Source: Bispira polyomma (taxonomy: Eukaryota). From it: 64,000 nt of DNA. The notes beneath the pieces are model-generated. The model was given only the letters and a program-made list of their open reading frames with translations, was not told where the DNA came from and did no database searches. The stretch covers positions 21,328,001-21,392,000 of the forward strand of contig OZ287752.1 in NCBI GenBank assembly GCA_965649765.1. The letters are read 5' to 3'. The position numbers and the translations under genes are program-made. Shown one piece after another: positions 62,107-64,000 of the stretch (position 1 is the first letter of the stretch; each line of letters starts with the position of its first letter).

Positions 62107-64000
62107 TCTCCTTTTCAGAATTTCTATTTCAGCTATGATGGAAAAATCCTTTACTTCAATGTGATTGTCATTTATAACTAGGTTAGAGGACCTAATACCT
62201 TCTATCACGCTCTGTTATTTAACACATTTAAAACATCATATTTCAGAGAATATTAAACAATCTTCGAAAATTCACCAAATATAGAACACAGTTCACTTGA
62301 TGTGTCAAATTAAGTCTATATATAACACACCAATACACTGCACTACACAAGTGTTAAAATGCCCATACTATTATACAGGCATGAACCAAATATGTGCTGT
62401 TTCACTTCACACCACAAGGAAACTTCAAAAATATTAAAACACACAATTTGAATTACAAACTGTGTAAATACCGCTTGATATCTGATGTTCTATATCTAGG
62501 TCTGTTCCCTTTAAAGTCTACATTCTCACTGGAGCTAGATCAATTAAATCTGCCACTGTTTGTGTGTGAACTCTTGTCAACATCACAACAGTATAGTGAG
62601 GAATCTAAACTTTGCGCCTGTAACTGAAATTCGCCACCCATAGAGTTTAAGCCAAATAAATAAAAAATGGCTAAAAATAACTGGCAAGGAAGGCAAAATG
62701 GTCATAAAAATCTCAATTTGAGCAATTATTAACCACAATTATACCCAAAACAAAACATTTTTTAGGTGGCAAATTTTAGATAGTGGCGAAATTTATATTA
62801 CACGTATATATATCTTTCAACACATGTGCTTTCTACCAACGAAAAATGCAATAATTAGTGGGCCAAAGTACAAAGCTTATTTAACAAACAAATAAAATAA
62901 GAAATAAATATATTGAAACAGGGGGAACATCTGCAGTACTAAGCAGTTATTACTACAAAAAATGATGTAAAAATAATCTAAGGAGATGGTAGATAGTGCT
63001 GTCTACGCAAATTTTCCCAAAGGATACAAAACATAAAATGAAATTATGTGACTAAGTACAGAGTTACAATAAATTTTATATCATTCTTATTTTTAAAAGT
63101 TACTAAAACAATGAAACCCAGTCATAGTTGTTTTTGGTGTTTATAAATAATATTAGAACTTTTATGTTAGCATGAAAGTAACACTTGCAAAAGACATCCA
63201 GCTGGACTTGCTTCTTCAAGTCTGTCACTTGCGTTCCATTCCAGTAAGGTGTACAGCTCACATTCTGTCCATTATCAGATTCCTGTGCTGTGAATGTATG
63301 ACTACTCACTAACACTTCTCCTCTGTACTCTCCATGCATTGTATTTGATGTCACGTCAGAGGTCACCTCTGTCTTTCCTCTTCTCCATAACATAGAACTA
63401 ACACCAGGGTTGGCACTTCCTGTTGTACACACCAATGCTTTTACACTTCCTTTTATGACTGGGTCTGAGGCTTTTGGATTCAAGGTATTGGACTGTGGAG
63501 GGACTAAATGTAAAATACAATAGCACAAATATTGTAAAAAAGTATCGTAATTACACCAATGTTTTTCACAATGAAGTTACTCTGAAAACCCGATTATTGG
63601 GTGTCTTTGACTAAAAAGCAGCTTTTTTAAAGTTAGCTAAATGTTGTACACATAAACACATGAAACCATATTAATAGTGGTCATCTATTGTCAAACTTAC
63701 AATTAACTATCAGAATCTCCTCTGTTGAATTTGTAACATATTTCAGTTTTTCTTTATTTGTAGATGTAGCAATACACTGGACACTGTCTCCATTCATCTC
63801 TCTATGTGCTACTAAGTTGTGTGTCACACTGTATCCAGTGTAAGACTGCCCAAGCTTCACTTCAGAATGATATAGAGTAAGTACAGGTTCAGGGTTGGCA
63901 GCTGATGATGTACATCTAATCTCTATGTTCTCATCTTCCAGTGTTTCAGTTATAGGAGTCAAATTGACTGAGGATGGAGAATCTACATTGCGAGGAATTC

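Larger units (their letters stand above)
50361..63982 (-). pseudogene. Ig-superfamily receptor (4 or more Ig, FN3, FN3-like, TM, tyrosine-motif tail; nephrin/sidestep-like architecture), probably disabled; 5' end lies beyond the window
   Basis: Exons 63982-63701, 63503-63189 (GC donor), 53794-53510, 53038-52736, 52393-52088 (FN3 WIVGLNGG), 51943-51653, 51215-51064 (TM), 50947-50840 and 50387-50361. Phase-1 Ig exons with C...W...DxGxYxC. In-frame TAG at 53603-53601. Confidence 0.8.

Overview
AT-rich metazoan (invertebrate-like) genomic DNA with spliceosomal introns. No prokaryotic features or CRISPR arrays were found. Host genes lie only at the edges: the last exons of a + strand gene with a GPI-signal-like C-terminus (1970-2911), and a minus-strand Ig/FN3/TM receptor with ITIM/ITSM-like tyrosine motifs (50361-63982) that carries a stop and a probable frameshift. 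The centre (about 10.9-47.3 kb) is one L2/CR1 LINE of about 2 kb, inflated by nested insertions whose junctions mostly resolve to the base. Three Ngaro-like tyrosine-recombinase (YR) retrotransposons and three PIF/Harbinger DNA transposons (TAA/TTA TSDs, convergent transposase and MADF genes) are inserted into it and into each other. A fourth YR element with A1..B1-A2..B2 split direct repeats lies in an intron of the receptor gene. Main observations: (1) the 16.4-kb Harbinger carries a cargo region with three tandem copies of DKMDMSLDDIIKLNR, the N-terminal UAP56-binding motif of ALYREF, which differ only by synonymous changes; (2) an ORF-intact YR element has a canonical -1 frameshift signal between gag and pol, and the YR elements share phase-matched splice sites that would fuse Gag to the recombinase; (3) the YR elements share an ACTGTG crossover core but have three different terminal architectures. 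All calls come from reading the sequence; no database searches were run.
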